Origin: Candidatus Hydrogenedentota bacterium
GTDB taxonomy: Bacteria; Hydrogenedentota; Hydrogenedentia; Hydrogenedentales; JAEUWI01
DNA: 64,000 bases
NCBI GenBank assembly: GCA_016791475.1
Contig: JAEUWI010000018.1
Coordinates: forward strand, 49,275 to 113,274
Reading direction: 5' to 3'
This document shows positions 28,282 to 38,094 of the stretch, one piece after another (the first letter of the stretch is position 1; every line of letters starts with the position of its first letter). Both the position numbers and the translations under genes were made by a program. The notes under the pieces were generated by a model. It was not told the origin of the DNA, did not search any database, and saw nothing but the letters and a program-made list of their open reading frames with translations.

Positions 28282-28956
28282 ATGATGGTCACTGCAAGTG
28301 AGTTTTTGACAAAAGAAGAGCTGGAAAATGTCGGCCAGGCCGTTGCCGCCGCCGAGAAGAAGACGTCCGTGGAAATTGTGCCGGTTATCGCCACGGTTTC
28401 GGGCCGCTACGACCGCGCGGAGGACCTGGCGGGCCTGTGGCTCGGCATCGTGCTCATGGTGGCGCTGTGGCTCGCCTGGCCCGTAAAGCCCGTCGAGCCC
28501 GGCGACTGGGGCGCCGCCTTCCCCCTCAACTACGCGGGCTGGCTCACCGCGCTCATCGGCGGTTTCATCCTGGGCGCATTCATCTGCGCACGCATTCCCG
28601 TCCTGCGCCGCCTCATGACCAGCCGCAAGGAGCTGGCCGCCGAGGTACAGCGGCGGGCCCGGGAGGTCTTCTTCGACCAGCGTATCCACCACACCGGCGG
28701 CGGCACGGGTGTGCTGATCTATGTTTCGCTCTTCGAGCGCACCGTGTGCATCCTGGCGGATGAAAACGCGACCAAGGCCTTGCCCGAAGGCGAAGTTGCG
28801 CGCCTTTGCGCCGCCCTCACGAAGCAACTGGGCAGCACCCCGGCGCGGGGACTCACGGAATGCATCGGAGCGCTCGGCGATAAACTCGCCGCCCCACTCC
28901 CCCGCGACGCTCAAGATCGCGATGAGCTGGCCAATGCCGTGGTGTTGATTGACTAA
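28282..28956 (+). CDS. Divergent TPM-like membrane protein (TPM fold split by a membrane hairpin), without the GSW tail
   Basis: AAGGAG Shine-Dalgarno 7 nt upstream of the ATG at 28282. N-terminal half LTKEELENVGQAVAAAEKKTSVEIVPVIA and C-terminal half HHTGGGTGVLIYVSLFERTVCILADE resemble the two halves of the TPM domain, separated by two TM helices. Confidence 0.6.
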   Translation: MMVTASEFLTKEELENVGQAVAAAEKKTSVEIVPVIATVSGRYDRAEDLAGLWLGIVLMVALWLAWPVKPVEPGDWGAAFPLNYAGWLTALIGGFILGAFICARIPVLRRLMTSRKELAAEVQRRAREVFFDQRIHHTGGGTGVLIYVSLFERTVCILADENATKALPEGEVARLCAALTKQLGSTPARGLTECIGALGDKLAAPLPRDAQDRDELANAVVLID

Positions 28957-28968
28957 AGCGGTGATGGG

Positions 28969-29035
28969 CCTCGTGGGGCCAAGGGGTCGCATCGGTATTA
29001 TGATAACGACTCCTCTCCCATGAGGCCCATCAGAT
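28969..29035 (+). terminator. Hairpin (11-bp stem TGATGGGCCTC / GAGGCCCATCA, 43-nt loop) 13 nt after the TPM gene cluster
   Basis: Inverted repeat seen directly. No U-tract. Confidence 0.35.
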
Positions 29036-29181
29036 TTACTCGGCAACCGTCACATTTGCGAGCCGGGGCACTTTGTATCATGTTGCGCCGATCAGGCCAT
29101 TGCGCGTGGCGACGGCGTAAGCGCATTGGTTTCAATCAGTTGACGGACTTTCGCAGGCACCCTTGTATCTGGCCACCAAAC

Positions 29182-29197
29182 TGGCACGTCCCCTGCT
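29182..29197 (+). promoter_or_regulatory. Candidate sigma54 (-24/-12) promoter TGGCAC-N5-CTGC upstream of the DUF1559 gene
   Basis: TGGCACGTCCCCTGCT matches the GG-N10-GC spacing of RpoN promoters. It lies 120 nt upstream of the ATG at 29317. Confidence 0.35.
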
Positions 29198-29316
29198 CTC
29201 TTCAGCAAGTCTACTCACGCCTGCCGTACACTCGGTGGCCATCCCTCAACAGCAAGAACCCATAAGGAATCAACCGACCGGAACGCCGGAGGCCTCCAGG
29301 AATCAGGAGACCTGAA

Positions 29317-30438
29317 ATGAAAAGAACCAACAGAAGAGGCTTCACGCTGATCGAACTGCTCGTCGTGATTGCCATCATCGGCATCCTTGCCGCCATCCTC
29401 CTTCCGGCTCTGGCCCGAGCCCGCGAAGCCGCCCGCCGCGCAAGCTGCCAGAACAATCTGAAACAGTTTGGCGTGATCTTCAAGATGTACGCCAACGAGT
29501 CCAAAGGCGAGACGTATCCCGCCGGGGCGGATACCTACGACACCGTGCATATCGCAGCAGGCTTTCGCGGACAGGACCTTTATCCGAACTACTTGACCGA
29601 CCTGAACATTAAAATCTGCCCATCGGCCTCGCGCGCCGCGCAGCCCTCCGGATATAAGACGGATATCAACGAGCAATTCCGGCAGATCACCGATTGTCAG
29701 GCGGCCGCGGGCTATGGTGGCGACTTCGAGAGCAAGCAGATTCAATGGGCTTTTCTCTCCAAATCCAACACCTACGCCTACGTGCCCCATGCAACACGGA
29801 CGGTTTCCCAATTGCTGGACGTGCTCCACATCAACGGTGCATGGTTCTACTATGGCGTGTGGGCCGGTCGTCCAAATGAGACGGACCGCACGCTGATCAA
29901 CAATGCGGCGCTCTATGATCGTTGCGCCCCGGCGGAGTGGCCCATGGTGCGTCACTTCACGTATCCGGGCCACCGCAACGCGGATATCAACATACCGAAT
30001 CGCGGTGCGGGCGCTTCCCGCCCCACCCAGGGCTTCTCGGGAGAAGTGCGCTTCGACACCTACTTCCTGGATGACGACGGTTCCCCGTTGCCCAGCACCT
30101 ATCTTCGTCTGCGCGAGGGGGTGGAGCGTTTCCTGATCACGGACGTAAACAATGCCGGCGCCAGTGCCCTGGCCCAGAGTGACATCACGGTGCTCTTCGA
30201 CGCCTGGAGTACCGGTAGCCAGGGCGCCGTGCGCGTGGGCCGGATCAATCCGCCCAGCACCTTGAACTTCAACCACCTCCCCGGTGGCTCGAACGTGCTC
30301 TATCTCGATGGCCACGTGAGCTTCGTGAAGTACGGCGCAGAGTACCCGGTGAAGTGGCTTCAGCCCGAGAGCAATTACCCGAACGTGATGGGCACCCAGG
30401 CCCACAACATCCTGCCCTACGTCGTGGGTATCGGCTGA
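29317..30438 (+). CDS. Prepilin-type N-terminal cleavage/methylation domain protein of the H-X9-DG (DUF1559) family
   Basis: [50 protein letters not shown] leader, which is family-defining. C-terminal [17 protein letters not shown] (H-X9-DG) motif. Confidence 0.85.
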   Translation: MKRTNRRGFTLIELLVVIAIIGILAAILLPALARAREAARRASCQNNLKQFGVIFKMYANESKGETYPAGADTYDTVHIAAGFRGQDLYPNYLTDLNIKICPSASRAAQPSGYKTDINEQFRQITDCQAAAGYGGDFESKQIQWAFLSKSNTYAYVPHATRTVSQLLDVLHINGAWFYYGVWAGRPNETDRTLINNAALYDRCAPAEWPMVRHFTYPGHRNADINIPNRGAGASRPTQGFSGEVRFDTYFLDDDGSPLPSTYLRLREGVERFLITDVNNAGASALAQSDITVLFDAWSTGSQGAVRVGRINPPSTLNFNHLPGGSNVLYLDGHVSFVKYGAEYPVKWLQPESNYPNVMGTQAHNILPYVVGIG

Positions 30439-30487
30439 CGGGACGGCGGCCGGAGCGGCGGGTAATCCCGCTCCGGCCGTCGGCTCA

Positions 30488-30537
30488 GACGGATCAGATC
30501 AGTCCGATCAGTCCGATCCGTCCGATCCGTCCGATGG
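30488..30537. repeat. Tandem 9-bp repeat (GATCAGTCC/GATCCGTCC, about 5 copies), same family as the large repeat at 49.2 kb
   Basis: Seen directly, between the convergent 3' ends of the genes at 30438 and 30547. Each unit contains GATC. Confidence 0.7.
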
Positions 30538-30546
30538 CCTGCGCGC

Positions 30547-32376
30547 TCAGGGTTCGGTCACAAACTCCACAAACACCGCCTCACCCGGCGGCACGATCAC
30601 GTCCAGCGCCGGATCGATCTCCACGGATTCGCCAAGGGTCCACCGCCGGGCCTTTACAAAAGGGAACTTCGGCTGCAACCGCACCCCGGCGACCTTTTCC
30701 GGCTCCACGATGGCGGGCTGGTCCTTGGTCTTGATCACCCCGTCGTTGTTTATCAACTCGATGACCCATCCCGCGCCATTGCGGTTAATCTGGTACTGGA
30801 TGGCGTCCCCTTCGACGGCGATCGGGCTGTGCGCGGTCACGAGCCCCGCCAGGCGTTCGTTGGCAACGGCGGCGGACTTGCCCGTGTCGGGGTTGGTCCA
30901 GGGCTCCAGTATTTCCACCGTTCCGGTGCCCTGGAGCCTGGCCAGATCCGCGCCCAGGGCCGCCGCGTGGCGCGGATGCAGCAGCAGTGTACCGCCCGCG
31001 CGCACCGCGTCGTAGAGCGACTTCACGAAAAGCCCGTCGAACTCGTGGTCACCCGCGAGAAGGATGACCGGATAGTCTGCAAGCGCTTCCGCGTCGGCGG
31101 TGGACAGGAGCACATCGAAAAGTTCCCCGTAGGGTGTCGGGCGGAGGAAAGACGCCTCCGGGTTCGCCTTGTCTGTGGGGAAGTGCCAATGGTTGGAGCC
31201 GGGGAAGAGCTGGTGCTCCAGCAGGTCGCGAATCTCACCATCGCCCTCGGTTGGCTCGAGGATTCCCCAGGGCTTGCCCATGAAACCGTTGTAACCCGAG
31301 AATTCATCGAGCACAATAGCGATGGGCGTGAAGGGTGTGCCCCGATCGTGGGCGCGCATGAATGCAAAGGTCTCCCGTGCCCGCACACCGTGGCTTGTCA
31401 AACGCCAGCGCGGTTCGCCGGGCTCAAAGAAGATGGCGAGGCTGTTCTCCGGCGTCACCATGGCCGCGCCCGCGAACCAGCCATACAGCCACATCCGCGT
31501 GTAAAAGCTCAGCGAGTGGCCCGCGTCCAGGCCGCGCGCGTCTTTACCCTCCAGGCGCAGGGGACCCGCCATCGTTACGGCCCCAAACATCCAGGGGCTC
31601 ACCTGGGCCGACCAGGGAATACCCGACTGGCGGGAGGCGCCCCGCGCAAACGCGAACTTGGACTGGGCAAAGGCGATGTTCTCGCCGACCTCCAGACCGA
31701 TGAGCCGCGCGCCCCAGTCGGCCACGTAGGCTTCATAGTGCGAGTGGCCGGTAACGCTGATGTTGCGTCCGCGCATCGCCCGATTCCGCGTGAGGAAATA
31801 GTTCCGGATGATGTCGTGGGCCTCGCGCTTGCTCCCGGGCTTCGCATCGTAGCCGAAGAGGCCTTGAGGCTTCATGCGGTGTTTGTGCGCGTCGAAGTCC
31901 GCGCCGTAGAGGCCCCGCCAGTAGCCTTCGTTCATCGACAGGTTGTGGAAGTAGTAGCCCCACTCGCCCAACTGGATTCCCATGAATTCGCCGTGTGCGT
32001 CAAAGCGCTTAAATACGGCTTCATCCTCGTCCTTAAGCACGTTGAGCCCGTCTATCACCTGCATGTCCGGTGCGGCCGGATAGGCGATGACGGGCCAGCC
32101 CTGCGCGGCAATGTAGTCGAAGGCGTCCGCCGCGGCGGCATAGGCGGGCGGGCCCGGATCGAATCCGTTGCCGAGGCCCTCGGCCTTCATGACATCCACC
32201 AGCTCCTTCAGCCCGGCGAGGTCTGGGGGGCAACTGTACATGGTGAAAACGACGCCCTCCTGGCCCGGAAGCAAGACTGGCGTCCACCGGGGAGGCATTT
32301 CGGGGGTGGGGGGGCCTGCGAAGGTCGCGAAAGGGCATAGCAGAAGAAGGGCAAGGGGTACTGCAAGTCTGATCAT
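30547..32376 (-). CDS. Secreted hypothetical protein (609 aa)
   Basis: Signal peptide (MIRLAVPLALLLLCPFATFAGP). Long coherent ORF with normal codon bias. I recognise no diagnostic motif. Confidence 0.6.
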   Translation of the reverse strand: MIRLAVPLALLLLCPFATFAGPPTPEMPPRWTPVLLPGQEGVVFTMYSCPPDLAGLKELVDVMKAEGLGNGFDPGPPAYAAAADAFDYIAAQGWPVIAYPAAPDMQVIDGLNVLKDEDEAVFKRFDAHGEFMGIQLGEWGYYFHNLSMNEGYWRGLYGADFDAHKHRMKPQGLFGYDAKPGSKREAHDIIRNYFLTRNRAMRGRNISVTGHSHYEAYVADWGARLIGLEVGENIAFAQSKFAFARGASRQSGIPWSAQVSPWMFGAVTMAGPLRLEGKDARGLDAGHSLSFYTRMWLYGWFAGAAMVTPENSLAIFFEPGEPRWRLTSHGVRARETFAFMRAHDRGTPFTPIAIVLDEFSGYNGFMGKPWGILEPTEGDGEIRDLLEHQLFPGSNHWHFPTDKANPEASFLRPTPYGELFDVLLSTADAEALADYPVILLAGDHEFDGLFVKSLYDAVRAGGTLLLHPRHAAALGADLARLQGTGTVEILEPWTNPDTGKSAAVANERLAGLVTAHSPIAVEGDAIQYQINRNGAGWVIELINNDGVIKTKDQPAIVEPEKVAGVRLQPKFPFVKARRWTLGESVEIDPALDVIVPPGEAVFVEFVTEP

Positions 32377-32554
32377 GATACTTCCCGCGGCGGAGCGGCG
32401 GAGACTCCGCCCGTTGAATCAGGTGGTGGGTCGCGCGCGGTACGTCATGCGCGCCGGACCCCGTGGAAAGGTGAAACCGCGCCCACATCATCCGCTGTCG
32501 GGGGGAGGAATCGCAACCACAAAGTTCGCGACCCGCCGTCTCCCACCCCCGCCA

Positions 32555-34711
32555 TCAGGCGGGAACGGGAAGCCAGAGCAGGATCCGCGCGCCGCCCCCC
32601 TCGGCACTCAGGAATTCGATACCGCCCCAGTGCTCTTCCAGGATGGCGTTGGCCAGCGGGAGCCCCAGACCGATCCCCATGGGTTTCGTGCTGAAGAGGG
32701 GCTCCAGAATCTGAGAGAGCACTTCCGTTGTAATCCCCGGACCGGTATCGGAAATGCTAATCTCGGCCCGCGCCTTCGAACGGCGGGTCTCCACGGTGAT
32801 GGTTCCGCCATCGGTCTGAGTTTCCTCAATGGCCTGAACCGCGTTGAGCAGTACGCAATCCACGGCCTGGCGCATGCGCTCGCGATCCACAAGGATCACG
32901 AGTTCCGACCGCAACAGCGCGACCACCCGAACCGACGCAGGGAACTCGAACTTCTCCAGGAGGCTCCCCATCCAGGAATCAAGCGGTGTTGGTTGCAGCA
33001 CGGGAGCCTGGCGATCGGAAAAGGTGAAGAGTTCATTCACAATGCGATCACATCGTTTGATGCTTCGGTCCGCCCGGCTCAGTACCCCCTCGATGCGCTC
33101 ATCGGTCTTTCCCCGCAATGATGTCCGCAGCACGTACAACGAGGCGGCCACCGTGCCCAGCGGGCTCCGAATTTCCTGGGCGATCTTCTCGGTAAGCTGG
33201 CCCAGCGTGGAGAGCTTCTCCTGCCGCATCAATTCGGCCTGGGCCTCTTCCAACTCACGTGTACGCTCGTCGATGCGCTCCTCCAACTGGTCGCGGTAGT
33301 GCCGCAACTCCTGCTCCGCGCGGATCCGGTCCCGGACTTCGCGCGTGAGCGATGCGTTGGTCTCGCTAATCTCTCGGGAACGGGCCTCCACCGAGGCAAT
33401 GAGCTTCTGTAACCGTTCCGCCATGATGGCGAAGTTCTCGGTAAGATCACAGATCTCCCCGCCATAGGGCCGCGGCAGAGGGGTGTCGAGGTGTCCCTGA
33501 CCCATGGCTTCGGCGGCGGCGCTCAGGCGCTTGAGCGGTGTGGTGACGACGCGCGCCGCCAGAAGGGCGATGCCTATGGAAGCGACCACGGCGATGCCCA
33601 GGGCGGTGCGGCCGGAGGCGGCGATGGCGCTGACCGTGGACAGGGCTTCTGCCCGTTCCTGTCGCACGATGGTGATCAACCCCAGGCCGGTAACGGCTTC
33701 GGCGACGGCGCCGTCGAGGGCGCTCAGGGCGCCAAAATCGAAATTCTCGCGCGCGAGGCGGGCATGGGCGATGATAGCTTCGGAATCCACATTGACGCCC
33801 GAGGGGGCGGAAAGGCCGGTGCTGAGGATGTCACTGACCCCCGACTCCGACTCGCTGCTGACGCCCGGACCGCCGAAGATATCCCCGGCATCGTCGGTCA
33901 GGTAGGCATAACCCGTCGTACCGATCTTCACGCTCGAAATGACGCTCAGCACGTCGGTCACATTCAATGTGGAGCGTATTATACCGGTGGGCTCTTTCCC
34001 GCCGTTAAACACGGGCACGGCGATCAGCATGGCCGTGATGCCCGCGCTTTCATCGTAGCGGGGCGGCGACATGTAGACGTGGCCCTTGCCGTCGTTCCAG
34101 GCCGACTTCCACCAGTCTTCGTCCGCCTGGTAGTAGTCCGTAAGTCGGCCCGTGGCGGCGATGGTCGCGCCCCGGCGATCCGTCAGAAGCAATTCGGTGT
34201 GCTCGTCAAAGGATTTCAGGAAGCGGGCCAACTGAAAGGCGGCCAGATTGCTTTCCCGGTCGGGTGTGATCGTCTTCTGAATCAAAGGCGTCATACCGGG
34301 CGCCTCCACCCAGGCGCGATCAAGCGCATCGATCTCCGCCTGAATCGCTTCTTCCGTCCCGGTGTACGATTCGCTCTTCGCCATCGCCGGCACGATGATA
34401 TCGTCCGAAGTGGCCAGCACCCGCAGGTCGCTGATCTTGTCCAGGAGGAAAAAGGCCGTCAGGTTGTTCAGGCTCTGCGCCTGCGCCTGAAGCTGGCGCC
34501 CGATCTGGCCCGTAAGCTCGTGCCGCGCCCGCCCCATGCTCACGATCGTCAAGAGCGTCAAGGTCACCGCCGCAAGCCCCACCATGGTCAACGCCAGGTA
34601 GACCGCAAACGACCAACGCCGGGGCCGCAGATAGGAGAACTCCGCCGGCGTGCTCCCGGCCGCTGCCTGATTTTCCGCCACAATCCTCGCTCCGATCATG
34701 TCAAGCTGCAA
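32555..34711 (-). CDS. Sensor histidine kinase (N-terminal TM, periplasmic Cache-like sensor, HAMP, coiled coil, HisKA, HATPase_c)
   Basis: Phosphorylatable His box (IAQEIRSPLGTV) and a C-terminal G-box (ISDTGPGI...GIGLGL). A TTG start at 34711 has AAGGAAG 5 nt upstream; an alternative ATG lies at 34699. Confidence 0.85.
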   Translation of the reverse strand: MQLDMIGARIVAENQAAAGSTPAEFSYLRPRRWSFAVYLALTMVGLAAVTLTLLTIVSMGRARHELTGQIGRQLQAQAQSLNNLTAFFLLDKISDLRVLATSDDIIVPAMAKSESYTGTEEAIQAEIDALDRAWVEAPGMTPLIQKTITPDRESNLAAFQLARFLKSFDEHTELLLTDRRGATIAATGRLTDYYQADEDWWKSAWNDGKGHVYMSPPRYDESAGITAMLIAVPVFNGGKEPTGIIRSTLNVTDVLSVISSVKIGTTGYAYLTDDAGDIFGGPGVSSESESGVSDILSTGLSAPSGVNVDSEAIIAHARLARENFDFGALSALDGAVAEAVTGLGLITIVRQERAEALSTVSAIAASGRTALGIAVVASIGIALLAARVVTTPLKRLSAAAEAMGQGHLDTPLPRPYGGEICDLTENFAIMAERLQKLIASVEARSREISETNASLTREVRDRIRAEQELRHYRDQLEERIDERTRELEEAQAELMRQEKLSTLGQLTEKIAQEIRSPLGTVAASLYVLRTSLRGKTDERIEGVLSRADRSIKRCDRIVNELFTFSDRQAPVLQPTPLDSWMGSLLEKFEFPASVRVVALLRSELVILVDRERMRQAVDCVLLNAVQAIEETQTDGGTITVETRRSKARAEISISDTGPGITTEVLSQILEPLFSTKPMGIGLGLPLANAILEEHWGGIEFLSAEGGGARILLWLPVPA

Positions 34712-34853
34712 TTCGCTTCCTTAAAAGTATACACGAATTGGCGACGAAGCATAGCTATTGCAGCGACACAATTTGACGCCTGTCGAATCCCCTCCCGCGC
34801 CTGCGCTATGATAGCGCCGCAAAAAGCTCAGCCTCCCTCGGAATTTCCCATCT

Positions 34854-36365
34854 ATGGCAACTGGAATCGTGTATCTGGTCGGCGCCGGCCCCGGCGACCC
34901 CGGCCTCCTCACTTTGCGCGGCCTGCGCTCCCTTCAGGCCGCGGGCGTGGTGGTCTATGATGCCCTGGTCAACCCCGCACTGCTGCGGCACGCCCCCCGG
35001 GCTGAACACGTCTTTGTGGGGAAGCAGTCCGACCGCCACAGCCTGCCCCAGGAGGAAATTCAGCAACTGCTGATTGCGTATGCCCGGCGCGGCCTGACCG
35101 TCGTGCGGCTTAAAGGCGGCGACCCCTTTGTTTTCGGTCGCGGCGGCGAAGAGGCGCTGGCGCTTGCGGAAGCGGGCATTTCCTTTGAGATCGTTCCCGG
35201 TGTCACGGCGGGCATCGCGGCCCCGGCCTATGCGGGCATCCCGGTGACCCAGCGCGGCCTGGCCACCAGCGTCACCTTTATCACCGGTCACTTCGCCGGC
35301 GAAAGCAAGACGCTCGACATCGACTTTGAGCACTTGAGCCCCCAGGGCACCCTCGTGTTTTACATGGGCCTCGCGGCCTTGCCCGAGATCTGCACGGCGC
35401 TGGTCCAGCACGGCTGGCCGGACGACACCCCCTGCGCGGTCGTCGAATGGGCGACCTATGCGCGGCAACGCACCGTCTCCGGCACCCTCCTCGATCTGCC
35501 CGAGGCCGTAAACGCGGCGGGTATTGGCGCGCCATCCATCATTGTGGTCGGCCCGGTGGCCGCGTTGCGCGATCAACTCGCCTGGTTCGAAAACCGGCCC
35601 CTATTCGGCCTCCGCATCGCCGTTACGCACGCGGAGCAGCGCAAGGGCCCCCTCGAAGAGCGGCTCGCCTCGCTGGGCGCGGGCGTTTTCTCCTTTCCCA
35701 CCCTCGAAGTGGAGCCGGAAAGGACACCGGGCGTCCTGCTCGACGCCGGGCGACACGACTGGATCGTACTAACCAGCGCCAACGCCGCCGACATGCTCTT
35801 CGCCAGCCTGGACCATGAGGGAAAGGACGCGCGCGCCCTGGCGGGGGTCCGCCTCTGCGCCGTGGGCGCGTCCACGATGGACGCGCTGGCCGCGCGCTAT
35901 CTGAAGGCCGATATCGTGCCCGAAAACTACACAAGTGAAGCCATCGTTACCGCCATGATGCGGGCCGGCAATCTGAAGGGCGCGTCCGTGCTCGTTCCCC
36001 GGGCCGATGTAGGGCGCGCTTCCCTCGCACAGGCCCTCGCCGAGGCGGGTGCGGTGGTGGATGAGGCCGTCGCCTATCACACGCGATTGCCCGCGACATC
36101 CGGCGCGCTGAAAGAGGAACTCCTGGCCTACCAGCCCCACCTGCTCGTTTTCACCAACGCGGCGGCTGTGCGAAACCTCTGCGAAATTCTCACGCCCGGA
36201 GAGCTCGCGACCTTGCGCGAGAGCGCGTCCGCCGCATCCATCGGCCCCGTCACCAGCCGGGCTTTGGACGGCGCGGGATTCCGCATCGCGGTCGAGCCCA
36301 CACGGCACGATGTGGCGCACCTGGTGGAGGCGATTTGCGATTGGTGGGCAGAGCAGAAGGATTGA
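34854..36365 (+). CDS. cobA: Bifunctional uroporphyrinogen-III C-methyltransferase / uroporphyrinogen-III synthase (CobA-HemD fusion)
   Basis: N-terminal VYLVGAGPGDPGLLTLRG ... GGDPFVFGRGGEE SUMT motifs. C-terminal HemD-like half. 503 aa. Confidence 0.9.
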   Translation: MATGIVYLVGAGPGDPGLLTLRGLRSLQAAGVVVYDALVNPALLRHAPRAEHVFVGKQSDRHSLPQEEIQQLLIAYARRGLTVVRLKGGDPFVFGRGGEEALALAEAGISFEIVPGVTAGIAAPAYAGIPVTQRGLATSVTFITGHFAGESKTLDIDFEHLSPQGTLVFYMGLAALPEICTALVQHGWPDDTPCAVVEWATYARQRTVSGTLLDLPEAVNAAGIGAPSIIVVGPVAALRDQLAWFENRPLFGLRIAVTHAEQRKGPLEERLASLGAGVFSFPTLEVEPERTPGVLLDAGRHDWIVLTSANAADMLFASLDHEGKDARALAGVRLCAVGASTMDALAARYLKADIVPENYTSEAIVTAMMRAGNLKGASVLVPRADVGRASLAQALAEAGAVVDEAVAYHTRLPATSGALKEELLAYQPHLLVFTNAAAVRNLCEILTPGELATLRESASAASIGPVTSRALDGAGFRIAVEPTRHDVAHLVEAICDWWAEQKD

Positions 36366-36410
36366 CCCGCTGCTCCCTGTACCACGCCGGTGAAAGACGT
36401 CGCGAGTAAC

Positions 36411-37589
36411 TTAAAATCCCAACTGTCGCTCGGTATCGCCGCTGGTAATTTCCTCGATCTTGTTCGGGTCCCAGATGGTCGCGCCGATGTAGCGTTCGGG
36501 TCCCGTCTCCGCTTCGTCGATGTAGTAGGTCGTCACCACCTTGCCATCGGGGCGCACGATGCTGCGCACATAGCCGATATCCCGGTCGGTGCCGTCGCTG
36601 CGCAGCAAGATGGTGGGTCCCCAGGTCTTGCCCTTGTCGTCGCTCAGTTTCGCGCGGATGCTGTACGGGTATGCCCGAAAGCCGTAAGTCAGGCAGAGGC
36701 GGCCGTCGGGCAGTTGATTCAGCATGGGCGGGTTGCCCTCGCCCAGGTAATCCACCGGGTTTGCTTCCTGCACCCATGTCTTCGCGCCGTCGGTGCTGCG
36801 CCACTGCTCCATCCAGCGAAAGGTTCCCTCGCGACAACGGAGCGTCGTCAGGAATTCATTTTCTGACAAGCGCAGCGTGGAGGGCATGATCGCAAAGCCC
36901 GCGGGCTCCGGGCCTATCCACGAGACGAAGTCCCACGTCACCCCGCCGTCCTGCGTCCGCGCCACCATGGGGCGCCCCTCCTTCTTGTTCGCCTTCGCCA
37001 CCGTGATGAAGATGAACATGTCGTGCTTGCCGTTGATAATGTAGTCCGTCCGCGCCGCGGTGCCCACCGTGCCGAAATTCGGCAAAGCGAAGGGTCCCGT
37101 CCAGGTCTTACCGCGATCATAGGAATACTCATAGCGCGACAGGCCGCCGTGGTAGTCGTCCATGCGGAACGTCAGGGCGAAATCCGGGTTGGAAAAATCC
37201 ATCGGCTCCGTCTGGTCAATGATCTCCGGCAGCGCCAGCCCCGGCGTCTCCGTGCCATGAAGCGCCTTTCCCCGAGGGATCAAGTGGCCCTGCTCAGCAG
37301 GATGCTCGTGCGTCCACGTCTTCCCGCCGTCCACACTCCGCGCCAGCCAGAACTCCTCCGGTTTCTCCCGGTCGATGTGGTGGGACGTCGGCCCGAGATC
37401 CTTATAGGTCCCGCGACTGTAGCCCACCAGGAGCTCGTTGTCCCAGTTCCACATCCCATAATTCGCCGGCCACCCCCCGAACATGCCTTTCTCGTAGTAC
37501 ACCTTCACATGCTCCGCGCCGACGGCTTGAAACATGGGCTCGCCCGGCAGACCGGCCAGGGCGGATATAGCGATTAATATGGACAGCAT
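36411..37589 (-). CDS. Secreted BNR/Asp-box repeat glycosidase (sialidase-like)
   Basis: Five S-x-D-x-G-x-T-W Asp-boxes (SVDGGKTWT, SYDRGKTWT, TQDGGVTWD, STDGAKTWV, SDDKGKTWG). Signal peptide. Confidence 0.8.
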   Translation of the reverse strand: MLSILIAISALAGLPGEPMFQAVGAEHVKVYYEKGMFGGWPANYGMWNWDNELLVGYSRGTYKDLGPTSHHIDREKPEEFWLARSVDGGKTWTHEHPAEQGHLIPRGKALHGTETPGLALPEIIDQTEPMDFSNPDFALTFRMDDYHGGLSRYEYSYDRGKTWTGPFALPNFGTVGTAARTDYIINGKHDMFIFITVAKANKKEGRPMVARTQDGGVTWDFVSWIGPEPAGFAIMPSTLRLSENEFLTTLRCREGTFRWMEQWRSTDGAKTWVQEANPVDYLGEGNPPMLNQLPDGRLCLTYGFRAYPYSIRAKLSDDKGKTWGPTILLRSDGTDRDIGYVRSIVRPDGKVVTTYYIDEAETGPERYIGATIWDPNKIEEITSGDTERQLGF

Positions 37590-37929
37590 GGGGTTCTCTC
37601 TCTCCTTGACCGTAGTGCGCGGCGATATTGCCGCAGCGTGGTACCACTCTAAACACAGGAAACGCTACGGTTCAATAAACCCACCAAGCGAAAGCCGAAC
37701 CCCCCAAGGCGTGCCACGCGCTCCGACAACGCCGGTTCGTGTGCCAGTCGAACTGAAAACTCGATACACCAAAGAGTGAACGAGCAAGCGGTTCGTCGAA
37801 GTCCCCGGATCGTTTGGTACGACTAGGCTGTTTGTTTGTGTTTATATTCAGATGACGTGCCAAGAGGTATACTCGCGCCCCGCACAAGTCTTTCTGTATA
37901 ATACCCTTACGTTTAAAACCGCCCCATAC

Positions 37930-37958
37930 TTGACTTAGTTGATAAAGTATGTAATAAT
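37930..37958 (+). promoter_or_regulatory. Sigma70-like promoter (TTGACT-N17-AATAAT) upstream of cysI
   Basis: Good -35 and -10 hexamers in an AT-rich stretch, about 140 nt upstream of the ATG at 38095. Confidence 0.45.
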
Positions 37959-38094
37959 TAAACCATGCCGTCTCGCTACGGATGTACCTCATCCACGCGG
38001 CCGGGTGCTTCACGACGTACGTGCGCATGCCCCGGAATCAGTAGATTGGCAACAGCACCGGGCCCGTTCCCGGCCACAAGGATTCACGAGCATC

